DNA from: a virus | Reading direction: 5' to 3' (one strand) | DNA: 64,000 nt | IMG/VR virus record: IMGVR_UViG_3300050119_000072 | Span: 22,656 to 86,655 of that record | In this document: one piece after another, positions 8,289 through 17,447 of the stretch | Layout of the letters: each line of letters starts with the position of its first letter | Numbering within the stretch: the first letter of the stretch is position 1 | The notes under the pieces: generated by a model | The model's input: only the letters and a program-made list of their open reading frames with translations | Database searches by the model: none | Told to the model about the DNA's origin: nothing | Translations under genes and position numbers: made by a program

Positions 8289-10784
8289 ATGCCAATTACG
8301 ATAAACCAGAATGCCGTCCCACCGGGCGAGGACGGCTTGACCAATGGCGCCGGCTACGAGAACGACGCGGCCGCGCAGGCTGAGCATCCGGACGGCAACG
8401 ACACCACCACCTCGCGGCCCAGTATCGACTTCCTTCAATTGGTCCGCGAGGCCGAGGATCAGTCGTCGCTCTATCAGGCGCAGGTCAACCGCACAGCATG
8501 GTCGCAATCCCTGCGCGCCTTCCACAACGAGCATTACGTCGGCTCAAAATACACCAAGCCGGAATGGCGCGGCAGATCCCGCCTGTTTGTGCCAAAGACG
8601 CGCGCCGCAGTGCGCAAGGATGGCGCCGCGGTCGCGGCCTCGATGTTCAACAACATCGACGCCATCAACTGCCTGGCCGGCAATGACGGCGATCCCGTAC
8701 AGCGCGCATCGGCCGCGCTCATGGAGGAACTGGTCAACTACCGGACCAACCGGTCGTCGGGCAAAGCGGCGCTGCCGTGGTTCCTGGTCTCGATGGGCTG
8801 CCGGCAGGATTCGGTGCTCACCGGCGTTTGCCTATCAAAGCAAAGCTGGAAGCAGACATGGCGCAAGACCGGCGCCACCCGCGCGCACGAACTCAATCCC
8901 GCGACGAACGTCTATGAGGAACGCGAGCGCGCTCACTATTCGCTCGATATCGACCGGCCCGACATGCAGGGCATCCCGGCGGAGAACTATTGCATCGATC
9001 CGGCCGCGGACTGGACCAATCCGGCGCAAACAGCGGCCTATCTTCTCATCAAATGGCCGATGCAGATTGACGAAATTCGCGAGAAGCAGGACGCGCCGGT
9101 CAATCCATGGAACGAAGTCGACGAGTCGGTGCTGAAAAGCTCGGTCGAGAACACCAAGTTTGACGCCTCTGCAATCCGCCGCGCGCGAGAAATGGGCCTC
9201 GATCGATACGACGAAACCCAGACCGGCATGACCTTCCAAATCGTGTGGGTCTATGAAGTCTTTATGCGGGTCGAGGGCGAGGATTATACCTTCTACTCGG
9301 TCGGCGATAAGGACTTTCTGACCAACCCCAAGCCCGTCAGCGAGGTTTACCCGGAGCAATTCGGCGAGCGACCGCTTGCCTTGGGCTACGGCGCGCTCGA
9401 AGCGCACCGCATTTACCCCATGGCGCCGGTCGAGTCGTGGCAGCCATTGCAAATCGAGACCAACGATATCCGCAATCTGGCCTTGGACGCGACCAAGCAG
9501 AACGTAATGCCGATCTCGAAGGTGAGACGCGGTCGCCAGATCGACCTCGACCAGGTGCGCAGGCGCTCGGCGGGGGCCTCGATCATCGTCACGGACCCCA
9601 CCGACGTCACATGGGAGACGCCGCCGCAGCTAGGGCAGGCCCCGGTGGAAATGGGGCGCGAGCTTGGCCTCGAGTTTGACGACCTCTCCGGCCAGCAGAA
9701 CTACGGCACGGTCGAAAACAACAACGCCCTTGGCAAGACCTTGGGCGGCTTGAAGCTTGCGGCTGGTTCCGCCAACGCTGTGCAGGAATACGATATCCGG
9801 GTCTGGATCGAGACATGGGCGCAGCCAGCGCTGTCTCAAGTCGTGCGCCTCGAACAATACTACGAGAGCAGCGCCAAGGTGCTCGGCTTGTGCGGGCAGA
9901 AGGCAAAGCTCCTGCAAAAGTATGGCGTCAGCGCCATCACCAACGAACTGCTGGAAAACGAGATCACCGTCCGCGTTTCGGTCGGGCTTGGCGCCGGCGA
10001 TCCCCAGCAGCGCCTAGCCAAGTTTCAATCGGCGACGCAAGTCGTCGCCCCATTGCTGGCGCAGACCAAGGAATTCCAGTCAGGCCAAGTCGAACTCAAT
10101 TGGGAAGCTGTGGCAGAGGAAGTGTTTGGCGCGGCCGGCTATCACGACGGCGGCTCGCGCTTCTTCAAGGACAACGGCGCGCCGGCGCAGAACCCCACCG
10201 CCGCCCTCAATATCCAGAAGCTGCAATCGGAAATCGAGAAAAACGACCGGATGGGCAAGGGGTCATTGCTCACGGGCCTTGCCAACGTCGCGAAGGTCGC
10301 GCTGGGCAAGAAAGACTTGGAAGCGAGCACCGTCGATATGCTCATGGGGCACCAGGAGACGGCGCGGCAGATGGGTCAGGCGCACGGTCACCAGACTAAC
10401 CAGACGCGGCTTGCCGCCATGGAACACGGCCACCGTCACGGCATGGCCATCAACGAACATCGCCGCAGCTTGACCAACGACGCGCATTCGCGCGCCCAGG
10501 CCGAGCGCGAATTTCAGCAGAATCAGTCTGACGCTGCTGGTGGGGGTGCGGGGATGGATGGTGCCGAGGCGGGAAGCGGGCCTTCCGGCCCCGCTCCGGC
10601 CGCACCGTCTAGCGCGGGTGCTCCGGCCTCGCCCTCTGCATCCCCACCTCCCGACCATGCAATGCTCGCCCAACTACTTGCGGCCGGGCACCTGCAATTC
10701 ACGCGCGGCCCTGACGGTCGCATATCCGGCATAGCGATGCCGCCGCAGCGCGCGCTCCCGCCGCCGCAACCAGCACAGCAATAG
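8289..10784 (+). CDS. Portal protein
   Basis: About 830 aa; RSRLFVPKTR, IDPAADW, N..LD..KQ motifs; lies between terL and capsid genes; start may be 8229. Confidence 0.85.
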   Translation: MPITINQNAVPPGEDGLTNGAGYENDAAAQAEHPDGNDTTTSRPSIDFLQLVREAEDQSSLYQAQVNRTAWSQSLRAFHNEHYVGSKYTKPEWRGRSRLFVPKTRAAVRKDGAAVAASMFNNIDAINCLAGNDGDPVQRASAALMEELVNYRTNRSSGKAALPWFLVSMGCRQDSVLTGVCLSKQSWKQTWRKTGATRAHELNPATNVYEERERAHYSLDIDRPDMQGIPAENYCIDPAADWTNPAQTAAYLLIKWPMQIDEIREKQDAPVNPWNEVDESVLKSSVENTKFDASAIRRAREMGLDRYDETQTGMTFQIVWVYEVFMRVEGEDYTFYSVGDKDFLTNPKPVSEVYPEQFGERPLALGYGALEAHRIYPMAPVESWQPLQIETNDIRNLALDATKQNVMPISKVRRGRQIDLDQVRRRSAGASIIVTDPTDVTWETPPQLGQAPVEMGRELGLEFDDLSGQQNYGTVENNNALGKTLGGLKLAAGSANAVQEYDIRVWIETWAQPALSQVVRLEQYYESSAKVLGLCGQKAKLLQKYGVSAITNELLENEITVRVSVGLGAGDPQQRLAKFQSATQVVAPLLAQTKEFQSGQVELNWEAVAEEVFGAAGYHDGGSRFFKDNGAPAQNPTAALNIQKLQSEIEKNDRMGKGSLLTGLANVAKVALGKKDLEASTVDMLMGHQETARQMGQAHGHQTNQTRLAAMEHGHRHGMAINEHRRSLTNDAHSRAQAEREFQQNQSDAAGGGAGMDGAEAGSGPSGPAPAAPSSAGAPASPSASPPPDHAMLAQLLAAGHLQFTRGPDGRISGIAMPPQRALPPPQPAQQ

Positions 10785-10792
10785 AGGACGAC

Positions 10793-11224
10793 ATGGCAGA
10801 TTTTGGCGTCGGCAATAACACATTGGCCCCGACGATTGGGCAGCCACAAACGGTCGTCGATAGCGGCGCGATTATCACGCTCACCAATGCCGGCGCTGGA
10901 ACGACCAATAGCGCTGACCAGGAAAACAATGGCGGCCGTGGTCTTGCCGTCGTGCTCGATATCACCGCCAATTCCGGGACTATCGACGTCACGCTCAACA
11001 TTCAGGTCAAGGACAAGGCGTCCGGCAAATATATCACGTTACTGTCGTCCGTCTCAAAAACGGCCACCGGGACATACCGGTACGTGGTCTATCCGACCAT
11101 TACCGCGTCAGCCAATTTGATTGCGCAAGACGTTCTGCCGGAAATCTGGCGCCTGCAAGTCGTATGCGGCGCCGGCTCATCCCCGCAGGTCACCTTGACC
11201 GCCGGCGCGTGCGTCATCCCCTAA
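10793..11224 (+). CDS. Thr/Ser-rich beta-sandwich putative virion protein
   Basis: GAGGA RBS; LDITA..GT..VTLNIQ.KD.ASGKY pattern. Confidence 0.7.
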   Translation: MADFGVGNNTLAPTIGQPQTVVDSGAIITLTNAGAGTTNSADQENNGGRGLAVVLDITANSGTIDVTLNIQVKDKASGKYITLLSSVSKTATGTYRYVVYPTITASANLIAQDVLPEIWRLQVVCGAGSSPQVTLTAGACVIP

Positions 11225-11239
11225 CGCTGGAAACGCTGA

Positions 11240-12769
11240 ATGCGAGAGGAAACCCGCGACCTCACCATCGGCGAAGCGCTCGACCTCGGCTGCCAGATGG
11301 CGCTGGCAGGCCGCAATCTCGATGCCATCGGGCTCTTCAAAGGCGTCCTCATCCATGAGCCGGAGAACTTTGAGGCGATGGAGCGGCTCGGCTCATCCCT
11401 CTTCGAGCTCAAGCGCTACCACGAAGCGCTGTATTATTTCTGGCGCGGCCGCAAGCTATGCCGCCGCCATCCGCTCGCCCTGACCAATTACGGGCTCACC
11501 GTCTCCCAGCTTGGGCACTGGGAGGAAGGGTTGGCCGAGCTTCAAAAAGCCGTTGCCATCATCGAGCGCGGCAAGCATGAGGTCGCGCCGGCGGTCAAGT
11601 CCTTGGTCTACAACAACCTGGGCAACGCCTTGCAGCGGGTCGAGAAATTCGCGGAAGCGCTCGCCTACCTCGACAAAGGCATTGCGCTCAACCCGCAGGA
11701 TCACTTCCCGCACTACAATCGCGGCGTCGCGCTCCTGCGACTCAACCGGCACAAGGAAGCGGTCGCGTCTCTAGATCGTTGCCTGACGCTCAAGCCAAAC
11801 GACCAGGAGGCGCTTTACAATCGGTCCATGGGGCGCCTGCTGCTCGGCGACATGCAAGGCGGCTTTGCCGACTACGATGCTCGGCTGCTGACCTCTGAGA
11901 ACACCGTCGTCAACCTTGGTCTGCCGGCGGACAAGAAGTGGGACGGTGGCGACCTCGCCGGCAAGACCATCCTTGTGCACTGCGAGCAAGGGCTTGGCGA
12001 CGATATCCAGTTTCTGCGGTTCCTGCCGGCGCTGCGCGAGAAGAACCCCGCGCGAATCCTGCTGGTGCCGCACTCAGCCATCACGCCAATGATCGCTCCG
12101 ATGGAGGGCATGACCATCCGGCCCTCTGGCGTCCCAATCGACTTCGGAGAATTCGATTGCTGGGTAGCGCTGATGTCGCTCCCGCACTACCTCGGGCTGG
12201 ATCAGGAGACATTGCTGCCGGCTTCGTGGCAGCCCGTTATCGAACCCTCGCGGATCGCCGCATGGCGCATGAAGCTGGACCTTGACGCGAAGCGCCTCAA
12301 GGTCGGGGTGTGCTGGGCCGGCAACTGGCTCCATAAAAACGACAAGCATCGCTCAATCCCCTTGGCCAAGTTTGCGCCATTGTTCGACGCGATGGGTGTC
12401 ACCTTCGTCAGCCTGCAACAGTTGCGCCCTGGCGAGAACAAGGAATTTGATACGCTGGTCGCGAACAACACGGACCTGCGCTCGTTCTACTTCGACGACT
12501 TTCGCGACACTGCGGCAGCCATGCTCAATCTCGACATGGTGATATCGGTAGATACGTCAGTGGCTCATCTTGCGGCGACGCTCGGCATCCCGACCAAAGT
12601 GCTGGTTCCTGCCTTCGGAACCGATTGGCGATGGGGACTGGGGCGCTCTGACTCGCCATGGTATCGGTCGGCCACCATTTATCGACAGCCGAAAGTCGGA
12701 GATTGGGTCTCCGTCATCGACAAGCTTCGCGCCGAATTGACGCGCCAAGCCATGATCTGGCCCGCATGA
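11240..12769 (+). CDS. TPR-repeat GT-B (GT9/FlmG-like) glycosyltransferase
   Basis: TPR helices (YNNLGNAL, HYNRGVAL) then EQGLGDDIQFLR, VGVCWAG, LDMVISVDTSVAHLA, DWRW. Confidence 0.9.
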   Translation: MREETRDLTIGEALDLGCQMALAGRNLDAIGLFKGVLIHEPENFEAMERLGSSLFELKRYHEALYYFWRGRKLCRRHPLALTNYGLTVSQLGHWEEGLAELQKAVAIIERGKHEVAPAVKSLVYNNLGNALQRVEKFAEALAYLDKGIALNPQDHFPHYNRGVALLRLNRHKEAVASLDRCLTLKPNDQEALYNRSMGRLLLGDMQGGFADYDARLLTSENTVVNLGLPADKKWDGGDLAGKTILVHCEQGLGDDIQFLRFLPALREKNPARILLVPHSAITPMIAPMEGMTIRPSGVPIDFGEFDCWVALMSLPHYLGLDQETLLPASWQPVIEPSRIAAWRMKLDLDAKRLKVGVCWAGNWLHKNDKHRSIPLAKFAPLFDAMGVTFVSLQQLRPGENKEFDTLVANNTDLRSFYFDDFRDTAAAMLNLDMVISVDTSVAHLAATLGIPTKVLVPAFGTDWRWGLGRSDSPWYRSATIYRQPKVGDWVSVIDKLRAELTRQAMIWPA

Positions 12770-13554
12770 TGGCAAAGCTCGATCTGCGGACGGTTACCCT
12801 CGTCGCCGTAGAAACAAGGGCGCATGAATTGATGCGCATGGCGATCGACGATTGCCTGGCGCTGGCCGACTTCGGCGGCATCCTGATCTGCTCGGATAAC
12901 TTCAAGCACCTCAATGTGCTCGGCGCGGACCTTGTGCAGGTCAAGGATTGGCCGGAGAAGGTCGGCTGGTCGCGCTATTTCTGGCAGGGCGTCGGGCAAC
13001 ACGTGCACACGCCGTACACGCTCAATATCCAATGGGATAGCTGGATCTGGTGTCCGGCGATGTGGTTCCCGGAATACCTCGATTACGACTACATCGGCGC
13101 GCCCTGGTGGCACGAAGATGGGCTCAACGTCGGCAACGGCGGGTTCTGCATCCGGTCGAAGCGGTTGCTCGACTACATGGCGAGGCACAGCGAGACCTTC
13201 CCGATCACCACCAGCAATGACGACGCTCTGGTTTGCCGCACCTATCGCAGGAAGCTAGAACAAGAGGGCTTCCGCTGGGCGCCGGAAGGCTTGGCCTTCC
13301 AGTTCTCGCTCGAATGTCCGCGCGACGTGCTCATCAACAACGAGCTAAAAACCTCGATCCCTCTGCCAGACCTGCCGCATTTCGGGTTTCACGGAATGCA
13401 CGCATGGCCGTTTGTGCTCAATGAGAACGCGCTGGTAAAGCGCACGCTGCTGGCGCTCTCGAACAAGTACATTCGCAATACCCGTATGCCGGGCCAACTC
13501 TTCAATATGGCCCCATGGCTCGCGCCGCTCGTCGGCGCTGAACTCGCCTCTTAA
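12766..13554 (+). CDS. DUF5672-like putative glycosyltransferase
   Basis: IQWDS, YDYIGAPW, VGNGGFCIRS, FGFHG motifs; ATGA overlap. Confidence 0.85.
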   Translation: MMAKLDLRTVTLVAVETRAHELMRMAIDDCLALADFGGILICSDNFKHLNVLGADLVQVKDWPEKVGWSRYFWQGVGQHVHTPYTLNIQWDSWIWCPAMWFPEYLDYDYIGAPWWHEDGLNVGNGGFCIRSKRLLDYMARHSETFPITTSNDDALVCRTYRRKLEQEGFRWAPEGLAFQFSLECPRDVLINNELKTSIPLPDLPHFGFHGMHAWPFVLNENALVKRTLLALSNKYIRNTRMPGQLFNMAPWLAPLVGAELAS

Positions 13555-13669
13555 TCCGTCGTCGATAGAGCTTCGGGGAGATATCCCCCGTGAGAACGGC
13601 GCAGCGCGCCGCGTTACGCAGCATTGCGCTGCACCACCACACCCCAGACCAAACAAGAAGGAATATCGC

Positions 13670-14140
13670 ATGGCCTATTATGCGCTCTCGGGCACTCAAG
13701 CTACCGTCACATCAGCCTACAAAGGCGTTGCTGCTACTTGGTGCCCGGCCACCGTGCGCCGTGCCAAATGGTACGAATTCACGCTTGGCGCGACCGCCAA
13801 TCCGAACGCGACCGACACCTATTTGCAGTTCGACATTTCACGCTTGTCCGGCACCACATCGCTCGCCGGCACCGCGCTCACGCCGAATCCGCTCGATCCG
13901 GCCGACCAGGCTGCGGCGACGCTCGCCGCCGGCAACCTGACCACGGAGGTCAATTCGGCCATCCTGGGTGTCTCGCTCTACAACACCGGCATCAACCAGC
14001 GCGCCACGACCCGCTGGATTGCGGCGCAGGAATCGCAATTCCTGATCTCGCCGGCGACGGCTCAGAACGGCCTGGAACTGCGGGTTCAGTCCTCGACGTT
14101 TGCTTCGACCTGCGATGGCCAAGTGAGTTTTGTGGAATAG
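13670..14140 (+). CDS. Thr/Ala-rich putative virion structural protein
   Basis: AAGGA RBS, beta-rich, structural-type composition. Confidence 0.7.
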   Translation: MAYYALSGTQATVTSAYKGVAATWCPATVRRAKWYEFTLGATANPNATDTYLQFDISRLSGTTSLAGTALTPNPLDPADQAAATLAAGNLTTEVNSAILGVSLYNTGINQRATTRWIAAQESQFLISPATAQNGLELRVQSSTFASTCDGQVSFVE

Positions 14141-14162
14141 GCCGTAGCGATTCGGTAACCAA

Positions 14163-14195
14163 GTCTGGGTATCCCAATCAAAAGGAAGCCCAGAC
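14163..14195 (+). promoter_or_regulatory. Hairpin occluding the Shine-Dalgarno of the FkbM gene
   Basis: GTCTGGGT.TCC pairs with GGA.GCCCAGAC, ending at base before ATG 14196. Confidence 0.55.
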
Positions 14196-14996
14196 ATGGC
14201 CCAGCGCGTCAAGACACCTTTTGTCCTCGCATCTACCGCGCATGGGCCGGTGATCTTAAACCACCTCGATTTTCGCCAGTTGGATAAGGGCGGCGTCGAG
14301 CTTGGCGTCGGTCTCGATATCCTCGTCCACGGCGAATTCGATCTGCCGCTAATCTCCATGACCTGCGGCGCGCTGGAAATACGCCGGCGCGAACGCGGGG
14401 CTGGCGTCGTCGCGCTCGATTGCGGCGCCAACATCGGGATTTACACGCTCGAATGGGCGCGAAGAATGGAAGGCTGGGGCCGCGTCCTAGCCTTTGAGCC
14501 GCAAGAGCGAATCTATTACGCCCTTGCCGGCAATATCGCGCTCAACAACCTGTTCAACGCCCAAGCGATCAATAGCGCTATCGGTGCCAAGCGTGACGTC
14601 ATCGATATGCGTGTGCCGGATTACTGTGTGCCGGGCCAGTTTGGCGGCCTATCGCTGAATGGCCGACTTGAAATTGGGCAAGAAGTTACGACGTTGGCTC
14701 CGCTTCAAGTCATCCCGATCGATGATCTTGGGCTGCGTCGCGTTGATTTCATCAAACTCGATATCGAGGGGATGGAGCCGGACGCGCTCGCCGGCGCCCG
14801 CAAGACCATCGAGACCAGCAAGCCATTTATGCTGGTAGAGTGGATCAAATGCGGCAAAGAGCCGATTGAGGCGTTCATGGCCTCTGTAAGCTTTGAGACC
14901 GTCACGCTCGGCATGAATTTGCTGTGCGGGCCGGCCGGCAATGAATTCACGGCGCGCATGCGGGAATTGTCCGAGCAGCGGGCAGTGCCGCAATGA
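14196..14996 (+). CDS. FkbM-family methyltransferase
   Basis: LDCGANIG, AFEP, VDFIKLDIEGME. Confidence 0.9.
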   Translation: MAQRVKTPFVLASTAHGPVILNHLDFRQLDKGGVELGVGLDILVHGEFDLPLISMTCGALEIRRRERGAGVVALDCGANIGIYTLEWARRMEGWGRVLAFEPQERIYYALAGNIALNNLFNAQAINSAIGAKRDVIDMRVPDYCVPGQFGGLSLNGRLEIGQEVTTLAPLQVIPIDDLGLRRVDFIKLDIEGMEPDALAGARKTIETSKPFMLVEWIKCGKEPIEAFMASVSFETVTLGMNLLCGPAGNEFTARMRELSEQRAVPQ

Positions 14997-16417
14997 GCGA
15001 GTTAGCCGAACGCCTCTTTGAGCAGGCTTTGACCGCCATCCGCGGGCGCGCCACCGATCACGCCAAGGCGCTTCTGGTCGAGGTGATTAAGCTCAAGCCG
15101 GAAATGTACGAGGCCTGGTTGCTTCGCGGCAATCTGCTTCACTCGACCGAGCAGCCGTTCGAGGCGCTTTTACATTACGACCGCGCCATATCGATCAACG
15201 GCAAGCGCCACGATGCCTGGAACAATCGCGGGCTGGCGTTTGGCGATATCGGCATGTTTGCCGCTGCCGAAGATTGCTTCCGCAAGTCGCTTGCGATTGC
15301 GCCGTCGGTCGAGCCCCACATGGGCTTGGCCAATATGTTCTGCACGCTCATGCGGCTTGAGGACGCGGCTACCGAATATCGGGCCGCAATCTCCATCGAG
15401 CGAAACCCGGAAGCCAGTTTCAATCTGGGTGTCACGTTGCTTGGCCTTGGCCAATGGGACGAGGGCTTTGGCGAATACGAACAGCGCTGGCTCAATACGC
15501 CGATGCCGCCGCGGGCCTATCGGGATTATCCGAAATGGACTGGCGAGGATTTGACCGGCAAGCGCATTGTGCTTTACCCGGAGCAAGGGTACGGCGACGA
15601 GATCATGGCGCTGCGGTTTGCAGGTCTGCTTACACAGCGCTACCCCATCGCGGAAATCGTCGTTCAGGCGCGCGGGCCGATGCTGCGGCTGGTCAAAGGC
15701 AACAGTGCGTTTATCGAGTACGTGGTGCCGATGCACGCCGACGAACAGCCGGCAGCCGATTTTTCGTGCCCGCTGCTCGATGTTCCGATGGTGCTGGGCC
15801 TCACGCCCAAAGACGCTCCATTCATGGGGCAGTGGACGAAATATCTGCGAGCGCCGGATCAGCGCATGGTGGACACCTGGCGCAAGCGGCTCAAAGCCAA
15901 TTTGCCGCCGGGCCTCAATGTCGGGCTGTGCTGGTCGTCCGGTTCGCACATGAACACCGCCAAGGCTTCGGCCTTGATGAAATCCATTCCACTACCCCGG
16001 TTAAAAGGTCTCGCGTTGCCGGGTGTAAATCTAATCTCGCTGCAAAAGCCTGCCGAGACTATTCCTAACGGGTTTCCGATCACGGCAGATTGGATCGATG
16101 ATTGCCACGACTTTGCGGATACTGCGGCGCTAATCGAAGCGCTCGATCTGGTGATATCGGTCGATACCTCCGTCGCGCACCTGGCCGGGGCGCTGGGCAA
16201 GCCGGTCTGGAATTTCGTGCGCTTTAGCGGCTACTGGCCGTGGCTGGCGCCAAGCCTATTGCCAAATCCACATAATGCGATCTGGTATCCGTCAATGCGG
16301 CTTTTACGCCAACCGGGCCTGAGTAATTGGGTCGGACCGATCGAGACCGCGACCGCTTGGCTCAGGTCGGAAGTCGAGGCGTGGAAGCAACGCCCAGAGA
16401 GCAAAGCCTCCGCATGA
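14993..16417 (+). CDS. Second TPR-repeat GT-B glycosyltransferase
   Basis: TPRs (AWNNRG), EQGYGD, VGLCWS, LDLVISVDTSVAHLAGALG. Confidence 0.9.
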   Translation: MSELAERLFEQALTAIRGRATDHAKALLVEVIKLKPEMYEAWLLRGNLLHSTEQPFEALLHYDRAISINGKRHDAWNNRGLAFGDIGMFAAAEDCFRKSLAIAPSVEPHMGLANMFCTLMRLEDAATEYRAAISIERNPEASFNLGVTLLGLGQWDEGFGEYEQRWLNTPMPPRAYRDYPKWTGEDLTGKRIVLYPEQGYGDEIMALRFAGLLTQRYPIAEIVVQARGPMLRLVKGNSAFIEYVVPMHADEQPAADFSCPLLDVPMVLGLTPKDAPFMGQWTKYLRAPDQRMVDTWRKRLKANLPPGLNVGLCWSSGSHMNTAKASALMKSIPLPRLKGLALPGVNLISLQKPAETIPNGFPITADWIDDCHDFADTAALIEALDLVISVDTSVAHLAGALGKPVWNFVRFSGYWPWLAPSLLPNPHNAIWYPSMRLLRQPGLSNWVGPIETATAWLRSEVEAWKQRPESKASA

Positions 16418-16782
16418 AAACCATGGTCATCACCATTGCCGATCCGGCCGACGGCGATCTGGTCATCGTGAACGCGGAAGCGCCGCGCGGCGGCAAAACC
16501 AGTGTTAAACACCGCGTCATTGGCGCTCGCCAGCGGCCAGTGCTCGACGAGCATGGCTTTGCTACGTCCGTCGAGGACGTGCCGGCACAGACCGCGCGCG
16601 ATATAGCCGTAATCATGGCCGAACTGCTCACCGGCGGCTGGTTGCCGGGGCAGATGGAAGCCAAGCCAAAAGGTGACAACGGCGCACTTGTCGTCCATTG
16701 CACACAGGATTTTAGCGACCTCAAATTCTCGACTGAGGTGCACGGCGACGGCGGGACGAAAGCAACCTTGGAAGAATTCTGA
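16414..16782 (+). CDS. Hypothetical protein
   Basis: ATGA overlap at 16414 (MKTMV). Confidence 0.6.
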   Translation: MKTMVITIADPADGDLVIVNAEAPRGGKTSVKHRVIGARQRPVLDEHGFATSVEDVPAQTARDIAVIMAELLTGGWLPGQMEAKPKGDNGALVVHCTQDFSDLKFSTEVHGDGGTKATLEEF

Positions 16783-17081
16783 TGCTGCGCGAAGGCGGCT
16801 ACATCGTCACGACCGATCCAGACCCTACCAAGAGCAAGGGGCAAAAGGCGGTCGTGGAAATGTCAACCGTTACCTGCGGCCACAACGGCGAACTGGTCGC
16901 GGTGCCGGCGATGTGCAAGCCGGAAAATATGCCATACGAGCTTTGCTGGGGCTGCCGGCGGTTTATCTGTCGCCGCTGCGCCGCCGAAATGCACCGCACA
17001 CTTAAGTGCGAAGTTATAGAGACCAAGCTTGAGCGCGAGGAAGAGCGGGCGCGGTTTGGGCGTAGTCTGGTGGGAGGATGA
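16782..17081 (+). CDS. Cys-rich small protein (possible Zn-binding)
   Basis: CGH, CWGC, CRRC motifs. Confidence 0.7.
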   Translation: MLREGGYIVTTDPDPTKSKGQKAVVEMSTVTCGHNGELVAVPAMCKPENMPYELCWGCRRFICRRCAAEMHRTLKCEVIETKLEREEERARFGRSLVGG

Positions 17082-17377
17082 CCAAGATGAGCGCAGCAAG
17101 ACGACAGCGTAAGGGCGTTCCTCAACCGGCTCCCGCAGGTCCGCAAGCGCCACCGGAACGCCGTGTCCCGGCGGTCAACTGCGCTGGCTGCAAGTTCGTC
17201 GATGCACTCAATGTGCAGCAACCATTCTGCCGCCGCTTTCCGGCCCAGCTTGTTGTCGTACCCCGCGTCAACGACGCCGACACCGGCGTGCGCAAGTTCT
17301 TTCCTATCGTCGATCTGATCTACGATTGGTGCGGCGAGCACGTGCCACAATCAACGCCGGATAAAACCGTCGGCTAG
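17078..17377 (+). CDS. Cys-rich small phage protein
   Basis: CAGC...CRRFP...DWCGE; GGAGG RBS. Confidence 0.75.
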   Translation: MTKMSAARRQRKGVPQPAPAGPQAPPERRVPAVNCAGCKFVDALNVQQPFCRRFPAQLVVVPRVNDADTGVRKFFPIVDLIYDWCGEHVPQSTPDKTVG

Positions 17378-17403
17378 TTTGTCGTTTCATTCCACTGCGA
17401 TCT

Positions 17404-17432
17404 AAGGCGCCTTTACCGGCGCCTTTTTCTTT
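17404..17432 (+). terminator. Putative intrinsic terminator
   Basis: AAGGCGCC-TTTACC-GGCGCCTT followed by T-run. Confidence 0.65.
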
Positions 17433-17447
17433 GGGCGGCCGCGATCA

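Noticed and set aside
10540-10734. Alternative-frame ORF in the portal C-terminal linker
   Set aside because: No RBS, low-complexity product
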